From the NCBI GenBank assembly GCA_031372565.1, contig JANMLN010000177.1, positions 1 to 57,822 of the forward strand: a stretch of 57,822 bases of DNA. The letters are read 5' to 3'. A program made the position numbers and the translations under genes. The notes beneath the pieces were generated by a model. It worked only from the letters and a program-made list of their open reading frames with translations. It ran no database searches and had not been told where the DNA came from. This DNA is from Gemmatimonadota bacterium (lineage in GTDB: Bacteria > Gemmatimonadota > Gemmatimonadetes > Gemmatimonadales > Gemmatimonadaceae). Positions 1 through 9,382 of the stretch are shown in pieces (position 1 is the stretch's first letter; every line of letters begins with the position of its first letter).

Positions 1-1
1 C

Positions 2-1330
2 ACGGCGTGGGACCCGATCGTCTACGATCCTGAACTGGAGCTGGTGTATTTCGGCACCGGGAATGGCACGGCGTGGTACCGCGACCTCCGTGGCGGCGGC
101 GACAACCTCTATGTGGCGTCGATCATCGCGGTGAAGGCGGAGACCGGCGAGCAGGTCTGGCACTATCAGGTCACCCCCGGCGACAACTGGGACTTCGACG
201 CGGACCAGCCGATCATGCTCGCGACGCTCACGATCGGCGGCGCGCCGCGCAAGGTGCTGATGCAGGCGTCGAAGAATGGCTTCTTCTATGTCCTGGATCG
301 CGCGACGGGAAAGTTCATCTCCGGCACCCAGTTCGTGGACGGCGTCACCTGGGCGACCGGCATCGATTCCGTGACCGGCCGCCCGATCGAGTCGAAGGTC
401 GGCTACGACGGCATGAACCCCGTGCTCTCGGGGCCGGACAACAGCGGCGCGCACAACTGGAATCCGATCAGCATGGACCCCACGCGCGGCCTCGTCTTTC
501 TGGGCGCACGCAACAACAGCGTCGAGATCCACGCGCCCGACACGGCGTTCAGGTACGATCCGAAGGGGGCGAACCTCGGCAAGGACAATGCGTACGCCGG
601 GCCACTCTGGGCGAAGTTTGCCGCGACCGTGGCGCGCGGTGAGTTGGTCGCCTGGAACCCGGTCGATCGCAAAGCGGCGTGGCGCGTGGTGCTGCCGTCA
701 GGGCAGTCCGGCGGCACGCTGGCGACCGCGGGCAATCTCGTGATGCAGGGCGCGGCCGATGGCATCCTCCGCGCCTTCCGCAGCGCGGATGGCACCAAGC
801 TCTGGGAGTTCGACGCCGGAACCGGCATCATGGCGCCGCCGATCACCTACCTCGCGGGCGGCAAGCAGTACGTGACCGTGATGGTCGGCTGGGGCGGACC
901 GTCGGGCCATGTGAACTCGCCGACCAACGGCGTGACCAAGCCCGGCTTCGGCCGCATCCTCACCTTTGCGCTCGGCGGTACGGCGAAGCTCGACGCGCCG
1001 TTCTACGGCCACACGGGACCGCCGGTACCGGCGCTTCCGGTGACAGCCACGCCAGAGGAGATCGGCAAGGGCGGCGTCCTGTACAAGACGTACTGCCAGC
1101 GCTGTCACGGCGTTGGAGCGGTGGCCGGGCCGATACCCGACCTGCGCTACAGCACCGCGGCGACGCACCTGGCGCTCGACTCGATCGTGCTTGGCGGGCT
1201 GCGTGAACAACTCGGCATGCCGGCGTTCAAGGACCAGATCGACACGGCGCAGCTGAAGCTCATCCAGCAGTACGTGCTCGCGCGATCAGCCGCTGCGGCG
1301 AGCGTACCCGCGGCGGCGGCCAAGCCGTAG
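2..1330 (+). CDS. PQQ-dependent quinohemoprotein (type II) alcohol dehydrogenase, 5'-truncated by the window edge
   Basis: Frame is open from nt 2 (TAWDPIVYDPELELVYFGTGNG). PQQ-propeller motifs PGDNWDFD, QASKNGFFYVLDR, GAHNW and MAPPITY; C-terminal cytochrome c domain with CQRCH and a distal Met (GMPAF). Confidence 0.92.
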   Translation, partial: TAWDPIVYDPELELVYFGTGNGTAWYRDLRGGGDNLYVASIIAVKAETGEQVWHYQVTPGDNWDFDADQPIMLATLTIGGAPRKVLMQASKNGFFYVLDRATGKFISGTQFVDGVTWATGIDSVTGRPIESKVGYDGMNPVLSGPDNSGAHNWNPISMDPTRGLVFLGARNNSVEIHAPDTAFRYDPKGANLGKDNAYAGPLWAKFAATVARGELVAWNPVDRKAAWRVVLPSGQSGGTLATAGNLVMQGAADGILRAFRSADGTKLWEFDAGTGIMAPPITYLAGGKQYVTVMVGWGGPSGHVNSPTNGVTKPGFGRILTFALGGTAKLDAPFYGHTGPPVPALPVTATPEEIGKGGVLYKTYCQRCHGVGAVAGPIPDLRYSTAATHLALDSIVLGGLREQLGMPAFKDQIDTAQLKLIQQYVLARSAAAASVPAAAAKP

Positions 1331-1363
1331 CGCCTCTCGCGCGGCGGCTCGGCCACAGGGGCG

Positions 1364-1744
1364 CTACAGCGTCTTGTGCGCTCCCGGCGAACGCTCGTGC
1401 GCGAGAAAGAACTTCCGCGCCATCGCCACCAACTCGCCATCGGTTGGATGATCCACGGTTTCCCATCCCGCGAGCCGCGCGACCAGTGGGTGCCGATGCT
1501 TGGTCACGTAGTGCCGGAAGTCCGTCTGCGCGGTGTGCCCCGCCGCCACCAGAACCGTTCCAACGCCCTCAAGGGCGTCACAGACCCTGGCGAAGAACTC
1601 GTGTTCAGTCCGGACTGCGCTCTTGTGCTGTCCGGTATCGCGCGGGTGATCCTTGATGGCATGCACTTCGGTCGTCGCGTCGTCGAACCGCAGCACCCGC
1701 GCATGGTGGTGGTCAAGCCAGAGAACGGCATGGGACATGGGCAT
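1364..1744 (-). CDS. Small 'translational machinery'/bacterial eRF1-like (host-attachment-like) single-domain protein
   Basis: MSHAVLWLDHHHARVLRF...EFFARVCDAL...VLVAAG..AQTDF..Y...ETVDHPTDGELVAMARKFF matches my recollection of this family. Start 1744 or 1738. Confidence 0.7.
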   Translation of the reverse strand: MPMSHAVLWLDHHHARVLRFDDATTEVHAIKDHPRDTGQHKSAVRTEHEFFARVCDALEGVGTVLVAAGHTAQTDFRHYVTKHRHPLVARLAGWETVDHPTDGELVAMARKFFLAHERSPGAHKTL

Positions 1745-1999
1745 GGTGCGGCTCCGACGGGTCAGGGTGCCAGTGCAACGTCCTCTGAGCGGGGGCTTCG
1801 CTCCGCCCAGCGCATCCAAGGTCGACATGGGACCGGGCGTTCGGAGTCCGGATTGCCACTACAGGATGTCCTGTTTGGGGGAAGTCGTTCAGCCGGGCGT
1901 TCGGGTGCGTGAGACGCTCCCGCTGCGTCTCGCCCCCTGCGGCGCTACAGCCGCGCAAGCGGACTGGGTAGTTTGCACCACCTTCGCATCGAGCCGACC

Positions 2000-2398
2000 G
2001 TGACGCCCTCCCCCACACCGTTCTTCTACAAGCTGTCGAACGGTATCCGCATCACCGTGCGCCCGACGTTCCTGCGCGCCCAGTCGGTGCCCGATGAGCG
2101 GCAATACGTGTTCGCCTACAACATCCGCATCGAGAACGTGAGCGCGCGCGCCGCACAGCTCCTCTCGCGCCGGTGGCACATTCACGATGACCACGCGGGC
2201 GATACCGAAGTCGTCGGTGACGGCGTGGTCGGCGAGCAACCGGTGCTCGTCCCCGGTGGCGTGCACGAGTACCAGAGCTTCTGCGTGCTGAAGGGTCCCG
2301 GCGGCTACATGGAAGGCGAGTATGTCTTCGAGGCGGCCAACGAACGGTTCGTGGCCGAGATCCCTCGTTTCACGCTCCTGACCGACGTGTCGCGCTGA
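2000..2398 (+). CDS. apaG: ApaG domain protein
   Basis: YVFAYNIRIEN, QLLSRRWHI, V.GDGVVGEQP, YQSFC and G.MEGEY are ApaG signatures; GTG start at 2000. Confidence 0.95.
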   Translation: MTPSPTPFFYKLSNGIRITVRPTFLRAQSVPDERQYVFAYNIRIENVSARAAQLLSRRWHIHDDHAGDTEVVGDGVVGEQPVLVPGGVHEYQSFCVLKGPGGYMEGEYVFEAANERFVAEIPRFTLLTDVSR

Positions 2399-2530
2399 GC
2401 GCACCGGCGGGCCGCGACACCGCGCCTCGCGTGCGCGCCCCCCAGAGCGAGATCGACTGGGCTGACCGCATCGCCCACGGTGTCCCGCACACTCGCGCGA
2501 CATATAGCGCGCCCTGCAACGTGGCTTTTT

Positions 2531-2555
2531 GGAACTTTCGGACCGTTACGGCGTT
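2531..2555 (+). promoter_or_regulatory. Putative ECF-sigma promoter
   Basis: GGAAC(2531)-N16-CGTT(2552) in an AT-richer stretch about 10 nt upstream of ATG 2565. Confidence 0.4.
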
Positions 2556-2564
2556 ATTGACGAT

Positions 2565-3299
2565 ATGGAGAACGTGACGGCCGTGCGCCGCGTCCCCCCG
2601 TATCGCCCCCGCCCAGCCTGGTACTGGCTCGCGTTCGTGGCGGCCCTCGTCAGCGCCACGCCAGCCCGCGCCCAGCAGGCGATCATCAGCCTGCCGTCGG
2701 CGGACCAGACGCCGGCGGGGAAGCATTTCTTCATGCACGAGACGCAGATGAGCGCCCTCGCGCCACGCGTCGACTGGGGCGCGACGCACTTCTACACCTA
2801 CGGGCTGTCCGACCGCGTCGAGCTTGCCGTGACGCTGTACAACCTGACGACACCGACCACGAACAACCTGTCGCTGGGCGTCGGCTTCAAGGCGGCCCAA
2901 CGACTGTTCGGGGCGCAGTTCCCGGATCGCGAGCTGCAGTTCACCTATGGGGCGATGCTCGTCCCCTCGCTGCAGGGCGAGGGGATCGGCAGTTGGTCGT
3001 ATGGTTTGCTCAGCGCGCGCGTTCCACGCGCGGACACGCGACTCTCCGTCGGCGGCGGCTACGGCAGCCGCCAGATCTTCGACAAGGCGGCGGCGAGCGC
3101 CATGCTCGGCCTCGAGCAGCCGTTGCCGGGTCACTTCGTCCTCGTCGCCGAGTGGTTCAGCGGACGGCACAACACCTCCAACTTCATCGCCGGTCTCTTG
3201 TACCACACGGATGCGTGGATCTTCGTTGGCGGTTACAAGATGCCCAACGACGCCGCCAAGCGCCGCGGCATCGTCTTCGAAATCGGGAGGTTCTTCTGA
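2565..3299 (+). CDS. Hypothetical exported protein, possible outer-membrane beta-barrel
   Basis: Signal peptide (WLAFVAALVSATPARA-QQ), amphipathic beta-strand pattern, C-terminal FEIGRFF. Start could be slightly downstream. Confidence 0.7.
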   Translation: MENVTAVRRVPPYRPRPAWYWLAFVAALVSATPARAQQAIISLPSADQTPAGKHFFMHETQMSALAPRVDWGATHFYTYGLSDRVELAVTLYNLTTPTTNNLSLGVGFKAAQRLFGAQFPDRELQFTYGAMLVPSLQGEGIGSWSYGLLSARVPRADTRLSVGGGYGSRQIFDKAAASAMLGLEQPLPGHFVLVAEWFSGRHNTSNFIAGLLYHTDAWIFVGGYKMPNDAAKRRGIVFEIGRFF

Positions 3300-3319
3300 T
3301 GCGAACCTGTGGATCGATC

Positions 3320-3811
3320 ATGCGCCTCAGTCGCGCCGCCCTCGTCACGCTCGTGTTGGCGGGCGTGCCGGTTCGCGCGCAGGTCACCGCGGCACAGGGC
3401 GAGCTTGACTACTCCGTCGTCCGCCACGCGCCATCGGCCCTGTTTCTTGTCGACCCGCCGCCTGGTGCCGACTCGCTCATTCTTCCCACCTTCGTGCCCG
3501 CTCGCGTGGTGCGGGCGACCCCCGAGCCGAATTCACCGACGCTCCTCGCGTGGCACGAGGCCGCGGCTCCGACACTCCCGTTGTTTGCCGCCGGCGAGCG
3601 CGTCGCCCTGGGCGGCAGCGCCGTCCCCGATCGCGTCGTCTACGGCGAGGTCATTGCCCGGCGACATGTCATGTTCCGGCCGGACGCACGTGCGCCGTGG
3701 CGGTACGGGTGGGGGTATCTCATCCGCATCGCCAGAGCGGACCAGAATCCGAGTTCGCGGTTTGGCGAGTGGCTGAAGGATGCCGTCGTGGCCGGCGTGC
3801 CGAAACGGTAG
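3320..3811 (+). CDS. Hypothetical secreted protein
   Basis: Signal-peptide-like MRLSRAALVTLVLAGVPVRAQ; fills the gap co-directionally. Confidence 0.6.
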   Translation: MRLSRAALVTLVLAGVPVRAQVTAAQGELDYSVVRHAPSALFLVDPPPGADSLILPTFVPARVVRATPEPNSPTLLAWHEAAAPTLPLFAAGERVALGGSAVPDRVVYGEVIARRHVMFRPDARAPWRYGWGYLIRIARADQNPSSRFGEWLKDAVVAGVPKR

Positions 3812-3862
3812 GGCGCGGTGCCGGCACGACGCCGTTCGCTCCGATGCGCCGCCGTGGCCATC

Positions 3863-3920
3863 GTGCGCGGGCTCCGCCGTGCTATTGTGCGCGGGCTCCG
3901 CCGCGCTATTGTGGGCGGGT
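3863..3920. repeat. 24-bp tandem repeat, about 2.4 copies
   Basis: GTGCGCGGGCTCCGCCG(T/C)GCTATT at 3863 and 3887, partial copy at 3911; intergenic. Confidence 0.85.
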
Positions 3921-3957
3921 CGGCGCAAGGCGTGCCCTCCTGAGGAGACCCCACACC

Positions 3958-4458
3958 ATGTTCATCCCGCTCTGGATCCTGATTCCGCTCGCCCTCGTGC
4001 TGGTGTGGGCGCTCTTCGCCCTCAACGGCTACAACCTGATCCCGATCCCCGATCCGGGCTCGCGCATCTTTGCCGCATCATCACACGGGGCACAGGACGC
4101 GATTGTCGAGTTGCTGGCGCAGCATGGCCTGAAGCAGCGGTTCCGCGGTGACACGCCCGGCGTGCGGCGCGCCATTCTCTGGGACGGCTTCACCATCATC
4201 AGCTGCCCCGAGCCCTGGGTGAAGGACAAGCTCGGCGGCACCGCGGGCAGCATCGGCATCGTCGTCAAGGAGCCGGTCGCGGCGGCTGAAGCGGCGGCGC
4301 GCTTCCTGCGCGCCAAGGGGTTCACGGCGACGGTCGTGACCGACGCGGAGCCCGAGATCCCGATCTGTCATCTGGTCACCGATGCGTTGCTCGGCGTGGC
4401 GCTCAACTTCCGCAAGCACGCCGTCAAGTTCCCGATGCCGCAGAAGCTCGCGCGCTGA
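3958..4458 (+). CDS. Hypothetical membrane-anchored protein
   Basis: GAGGAG RBS upstream, N-terminal TM helix MFIPLWILIPLALVLVWALFAL, typical codon usage. Confidence 0.8.
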   Translation: MFIPLWILIPLALVLVWALFALNGYNLIPIPDPGSRIFAASSHGAQDAIVELLAQHGLKQRFRGDTPGVRRAILWDGFTIISCPEPWVKDKLGGTAGSIGIVVKEPVAAAEAAARFLRAKGFTATVVTDAEPEIPICHLVTDALLGVALNFRKHAVKFPMPQKLAR

Positions 4459-4531
4459 GTCCGGCCGTCAGGCGCGCACGGCGCGCACCAACGCATCGCG
4501 CCCGCACGCGCGGCCCGTAGATTCTGCGCAC

Positions 4532-5935
4532 ATGAGCATGGACCTGTATCGGCCACCCGCACCGTATCCGCGCGGACCTGTCGCCTCGCTGGCCCGCGTC
4601 GTCGCGCGCCGCGAGAACAACCTGCTGAGCCTGCTCCCCGACGTCGCGTACCGGGAGATGATCACCTCGCTCGGCATGTCGCGCCGTGGCATCGTGCTCG
4701 TGAACGCGCCCGAGTTGGTGGCGCATGTCATGGACACCGCGGTCGAGCTCTTTCCCAAGAACGATCTCTTCGTCGGCGCGCTCGAGTCACTGGTCGGCGA
4801 CGCGATGTTCGTCTCCAGCGGCGACCGCTGGCGGCAGCAGCGCCGCACGATCGAGCCGGCGTTCTCGCACATGCGCATCTCGCGCGCCTTTCCCGCGATG
4901 GAAGCGGCCGTCGCCGACCACGAAGCGACACTCGACGAACGCGCGGCCACGGGCGGCAGCTTCTCGCTCGACGCGGCGATGAGCCACCTGACCGCCGATG
5001 TCATCACGCGCACGATCTTCTCCACGCCGCTGACGCAGGGCACGTCGCGCGAGGTCTTCGATGCCTTCGACGTCTTCGAGCGCTCGGTCGAAAGCGTGAG
5101 CATCCGGCGGCTGCTCCTCGACAAACCGTGGGCGCACATCCCGCAGCCGGCCCACGTGCTCGACGCCTGCACCCGCATTCGCCGCCACGTGGGCGATCAC
5201 CTCGACACGCGGCTCGCGGCAGGCGCCGAACAGCTCGACGACATTGCCGGCGCCGCCATCGCCGCTCGCGATCCCGAGACCGGCCTCGGCTTCTCGCGCG
5301 ACGAGTTGATCAACGAGATCGGCGTCTTCTTCCTCGCGGGGCACGAGACGACGGCCAGCGCCCTCACCTGGACCTTCTTCATCCTCTCGCAGCAGCCGCA
5401 CGTCGTCGAGCGGATCCGCGCGGAACTCGACGCCGTGGTGGGCGACGGGCCGATCGGGTTTGACCAGGCCCGCAAGCTGCCCTACGTGCGCAACGTCTTC
5501 CGCGAGGCGATGCGTCTCTATCCGCCGATCACCTTCCTGCCGCGCGTCGCCGCGCAGGACACCACGATCGGCACGCGCCGCATCCGGAAGGGCACGATGG
5601 TCATGATCGCGCCGTGGTCCATCCACCGGCACGAACGCCTCTGGAAGAATCCCGATCGGTTCGACCCGGATCGTTTCGATCCGTCGCGCGACGCCGAGAT
5701 CATCCCGGGCACCTACCTGCCGTTCGGGTCGGGGCCGCGCGTCTGCATCGGCGCGGGGTTCGCGACCCTCGAAGCGTCACTCGTGATTGCGCGGTTGGTA
5801 CGCCGCTACGACTTCGTGGCGGAGGACCCCGCCTCAGTCTGGCCACTCGCGCGCCTAACCACGCGCCCCGCGCACGAGATCCGCTGTCGCGTGGCGCGTG
5901 CCCCGGACCGCGCGCGTCAGACCTCGACGGGATAG
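4532..5935 (+). CDS. Cytochrome P450
   Basis: I-helix AGHETT, K-helix EAMR, FDPDRF, heme motif FGSGPRVCIG. Confidence 0.96.
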   Translation: MSMDLYRPPAPYPRGPVASLARVVARRENNLLSLLPDVAYREMITSLGMSRRGIVLVNAPELVAHVMDTAVELFPKNDLFVGALESLVGDAMFVSSGDRWRQQRRTIEPAFSHMRISRAFPAMEAAVADHEATLDERAATGGSFSLDAAMSHLTADVITRTIFSTPLTQGTSREVFDAFDVFERSVESVSIRRLLLDKPWAHIPQPAHVLDACTRIRRHVGDHLDTRLAAGAEQLDDIAGAAIAARDPETGLGFSRDELINEIGVFFLAGHETTASALTWTFFILSQQPHVVERIRAELDAVVGDGPIGFDQARKLPYVRNVFREAMRLYPPITFLPRVAAQDTTIGTRRIRKGTMVMIAPWSIHRHERLWKNPDRFDPDRFDPSRDAEIIPGTYLPFGSGPRVCIGAGFATLEASLVIARLVRRYDFVAEDPASVWPLARLTTRPAHEIRCRVARAPDRARQTSTG

Positions 5936-6720
5936 CTCAGCGCAGCAGGTGGCGCGCCAGCCTTGGCCGCGCGCGCCACGTCGACCTTGGTGCGCATCCT
6001 CGCGATGCGCACCTGGTGGTAGATGATGATGCCGAGCCCCACGGTGCACGGCGTGGCCCACAACAGCGGATTGAAGGCATGCTCGGGCATCAGGCGCACG
6101 AGCCCGAAGGCCAGGAAGGCCGTGTACGCGCTGATCGCCGCGCCCACCAGCGCCTTGGCGTGTTCGTACAGGTAGCTGAAACGCGGCGGCGCAGCACGAA
6201 AGGCGAAGAACAGGTTCGTCGCCCCGCTCGCGAGCCCCACGACGCTGATCCCCATCATGGTCGGCTGATGCACCTGGTACCCGCGCACCGCCACGTTCAC
6301 GGCGAGCAGCATCACCGCCACCTGCAGCACGACGTTGAGCGGGTTGCGGTTCCCTTCGTGGTGCTTCTTGTTCCGCACCGCCCCCACGCCGTGCCACGCA
6401 AGGCTGATCGTGAGCAGCCCGAGGTACTGCATCATCCACCCGAACAGGGCGCGCACCAGCTGTTCGTCCTGCCACTGGGGCATCTCGCGAAAATGCGGAT
6501 GCGTACCGTACGGATCGAGCAGCGTGAGCGTGCTCATGGTGACGGCGAAGGTGCCCGTGATGAGCATGCTCCACACGAAGACGCGACCAAAGCGCGTATG
6601 CGTGGGTCCGCCCTTCCGCGTCCCGACCGCCACCCAGAACAGCAGCAGCCCCACCGTCCCCGTGATCAGGTGCCCGACGACGAGCGACCGGAACGGCCAG
6701 TGGATCCAGTCGCCCATCAC
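5917..6720 (-). CDS. DUF2306-like integral membrane protein
   Basis: GH...G..GL...RKGG..H...GR.F and H...GAAISAYTAF.AFG motifs, several TM helices. Start (GTGATG) overlaps the crtI stop. Confidence 0.75.
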   Translation of the reverse strand: MMGDWIHWPFRSLVVGHLITGTVGLLLFWVAVGTRKGGPTHTRFGRVFVWSMLITGTFAVTMSTLTLLDPYGTHPHFREMPQWQDEQLVRALFGWMMQYLGLLTISLAWHGVGAVRNKKHHEGNRNPLNVVLQVAVMLLAVNVAVRGYQVHQPTMMGISVVGLASGATNLFFAFRAAPPRFSYLYEHAKALVGAAISAYTAFLAFGLVRLMPEHAFNPLLWATPCTVGLGIIIYHQVRIARMRTKVDVARAAKAGAPPAALSYPVEV

Positions 6721-8261
6721 GCCCCCGCAGCGACTTCCGCTTCAGCGGTGCGCGGCGGCGCGAGCGGCACGACGCGCTCGCGACGCGGATTCGGCTCCGC
6801 GCCAATCATGTCCGCGACGATCTTGCCGCTCGAGAACACCCCAGGCAGCCCCGCACCGGGATGCGGTCCCGCGCCGCAGAAATACAGGTTGCGGATGTCC
6901 TTCGACACCGGGTGCGGGCGGAACGCGCCCGACTGGAAGAGCGTCGGCTCCGGACCGAAGGCGCTCCCGAGATGGCTGTTGAGCGTCGTCTGGAAATACC
7001 GCGGGTCAATCCGCTTCTCGGTGACGATGTGCTTCGACAGGTCGGGCAGGTACCGCTCCTCGAGGTACTGCATGATCCGGTCGCGATACTGCGGACCGAC
7101 GCGCTCCCAGTCGATATTGCCGCCCAGATGCGGCACCGGCGAGAGCACGTACCAGCAGTCGTGCCCCGGCGGGGCGAGCGAGGGATCCGTCGCCGTCGGC
7201 CGGTGCAGGTACAGCGAGAAATCGTCGGCCAGGATGCGCCGATCGAAGATGTCGTGCAGCAGGGCCTTGTACCGGGGCCCGAGCAGGATCTCGTGGTGCG
7301 CCATCTCCGGATACTGCCGATCGGTGCCGAAGTAGATCACGAACAGCGAATTCGAGTAACGGTAGCGGTCGAGCTTGCCATCGCTCATGCTCGGGCGGGC
7401 GGCCGCCGGCACCATGCGCTTGAGCGCCGTGGTCTGCTCGGCGTTGCAGACCACCGTATCGGCGCTCAGCGTGGTTCCATCGACCAGCCGCACACCCGTC
7501 GCGCGCGTCCGATCGGCCGTGAGCGTGATCTCCGCGACTTCGCTGTTGTAGCGGATCGTGCCGCCAATCTCCTCGAAGCAGCGCACGAGCCCCTGCACGA
7601 GCTGGCCCATCCCGCCGCGCGCGAACCACACCCCCCACTTCTGTTCGAGATAGTGGATCAGCGCGAACATCGCGGAGGCGTTGAACGGATTGCCCCCGAT
7701 GAGCAGCGGATGGAAGGAGAAGACCTGCCGCAGCCGCTCATCCTGCAGGTAGTGGTTGACCATCGTGGCCACCGAGCGGTCGGCGCGAAGCCGGATCAGG
7801 TCCGGCAGCACCGGCAGCATCGTGCCGATGGAGTGCAGCGGCTGGTCGATGAGCGGCATCCCGCAGTCGAACACGTCCTTGGCCGCCACGAGAAACCGCT
7901 CGTACCCGTCCACATCGCCCGGCGAGAAGTCGCGCACCTGTGCGATGAGCTGCTCGCGATTCCCGTTGTAGCGGAAGATGCCGCCATCTTCAAACCGCAC
8001 GTTGTAGAACGGGTCCATCAGCATCAGGTCGACGTAGTCCTCGCGGCGCTTGCCGGCTGCCTCGAAAATGCCGTCGATCAGCCACGGCGCGGTCACGATC
8101 GTCGGTCCCGCATCGAACGTGAAGCCGTCCTGCGTGAACACGTACGCGCGGCCGCCTGCCTTGTCCAACTTCTCGGCGATCGTGACATCATGGCCGAGCG
8201 CCTGCAGGCGAATGGCAGCCGCGAGGCCACCGAAACCGCTACCAATGACGACGATGCGCAT
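6717..8261 (-). CDS. crtI: Phytoene desaturase family (CrtI/CrtD-like) oxidoreductase, copy A
   Basis: VIGSGFGGLAAAIRL, GGRAYV..QDGFTFDAGPT, FSFHPLLIGGNPF, FSLYLHRPTATDPSLAP, GAGPHPGAGLPGV. Confidence 0.93.
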   Translation of the reverse strand: MRIVVIGSGFGGLAAAIRLQALGHDVTIAEKLDKAGGRAYVFTQDGFTFDAGPTIVTAPWLIDGIFEAAGKRREDYVDLMLMDPFYNVRFEDGGIFRYNGNREQLIAQVRDFSPGDVDGYERFLVAAKDVFDCGMPLIDQPLHSIGTMLPVLPDLIRLRADRSVATMVNHYLQDERLRQVFSFHPLLIGGNPFNASAMFALIHYLEQKWGVWFARGGMGQLVQGLVRCFEEIGGTIRYNSEVAEITLTADRTRATGVRLVDGTTLSADTVVCNAEQTTALKRMVPAAARPSMSDGKLDRYRYSNSLFVIYFGTDRQYPEMAHHEILLGPRYKALLHDIFDRRILADDFSLYLHRPTATDPSLAPPGHDCWYVLSPVPHLGGNIDWERVGPQYRDRIMQYLEERYLPDLSKHIVTEKRIDPRYFQTTLNSHLGSAFGPEPTLFQSGAFRPHPVSKDIRNLYFCGAGPHPGAGLPGVFSSGKIVADMIGAEPNPRRERVVPLAPPRTAEAEVAAGA

Positions 8262-8296
8262 GAACGAGGGGGGTGCGGGCGGGAACCGGGGTCGGT

Positions 8297-9250
8297 TCAG
8301 GCGCCCGTGGTGAGTGCCGCACCGGCAAGCACCGGCGACGTCGAGGGTGCCGTCGCGGGTTCACGCCGCCACGCCATCCAGAGGGGAATGCCCATCGCGA
8401 AACCGCCGATGATGCCGGCGGGGATCATGTCCTGCGCAAAGCAGATGGCGAGCGGAAGAAAACCGTTGACCGCGTAGAGCAGCAGCGGAAACCGGAACGG
8501 CGCGATGTGCCGCGCCCAGGTGGTCGGCGGCACGAAGATCAGCATCGCACGCGTCACCAGCACCCCCGTCAGCAGCCAGCCAAGCCAGTTGGTCAGCGGC
8601 ATCCCGTAGAAGATGGGCTCCGCGAGGAACTTCTCGATCGGTCCCGACTGCGAGAAATCGCGCGCGTGCCACATCCAGTGGCGCGTCTTCACCATGGCCG
8701 GGTCCATCGACACGTCGTAGGCGGTCAGCACGAGGCCGCTGATGAACGCCCACCACCACTTGCTCGTCGAGTCGTCCTTGGCCGGCAGGAGCCGTCCGCA
8801 GATCGCGAGGCAGCCCACCAGCAGATAAAACCACGACGTCGGGATATTGAACGGCACCAGATCGAGGATGCGGTATCCCAGCCGTTCGGAATACGAGTAC
8901 GGACCGAACGGGTAGCCGGAGTCCGTGCCCAGCAACTCGGCGCCCAGCGAGAGGATGAAGCTGACGGCGAAGGCGATCATCGTCTGCCGCATCCCGATCT
9001 TCGAGGCGCAGAATGCGAACCCCGCGACGGCCCCGATCACGACAGTGCCCTGCCCCCCCCACTTCAACCCGAAGGCCATGATCTGGAGGTTCGTCGGCGT
9101 GTTGATCCACGCCGGGTAGGGCTCGATCAGGAAGGTCGCAAAGGCGATCGCCGAGAGCAGATGGGCGGCGCTGTGGACCACCAGCGCGATGACGGCGACA
9201 CGCAGCAGCGTGGCGGCCGTCTTGTCGGGCGAGGCGGCGAGGGAGGACAT
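8297..9250 (-). CDS. cruF: Carotenoid biosynthesis membrane protein (CruF/DUF422, 1,2-hydratase-like), copy A
   Basis: ELLG..SGYPFGPYSY...LG, VPF.IP.SWF, D..MDPAM, FYGMPLTNWLGW; adjacent to crtI. Confidence 0.85.
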   Translation of the reverse strand: MSSLAASPDKTAATLLRVAVIALVVHSAAHLLSAIAFATFLIEPYPAWINTPTNLQIMAFGLKWGGQGTVVIGAVAGFAFCASKIGMRQTMIAFAVSFILSLGAELLGTDSGYPFGPYSYSERLGYRILDLVPFNIPTSWFYLLVGCLAICGRLLPAKDDSTSKWWWAFISGLVLTAYDVSMDPAMVKTRHWMWHARDFSQSGPIEKFLAEPIFYGMPLTNWLGWLLTGVLVTRAMLIFVPPTTWARHIAPFRFPLLLYAVNGFLPLAICFAQDMIPAGIIGGFAMGIPLWMAWRREPATAPSTSPVLAGAALTTGA

Positions 9251-9382
9251 GTCGGACGCGGGCGCAGGAGGTGTGATCGCCAATCGGCTGAAAACATGTG
9301 CCGCGGGCCAGAGGGCGGCAAGCGGTTGCGCGCGACGCCCCCCCCCACATGAAGAACGCGCGCCCGGGTGTATTTTCCAGCC

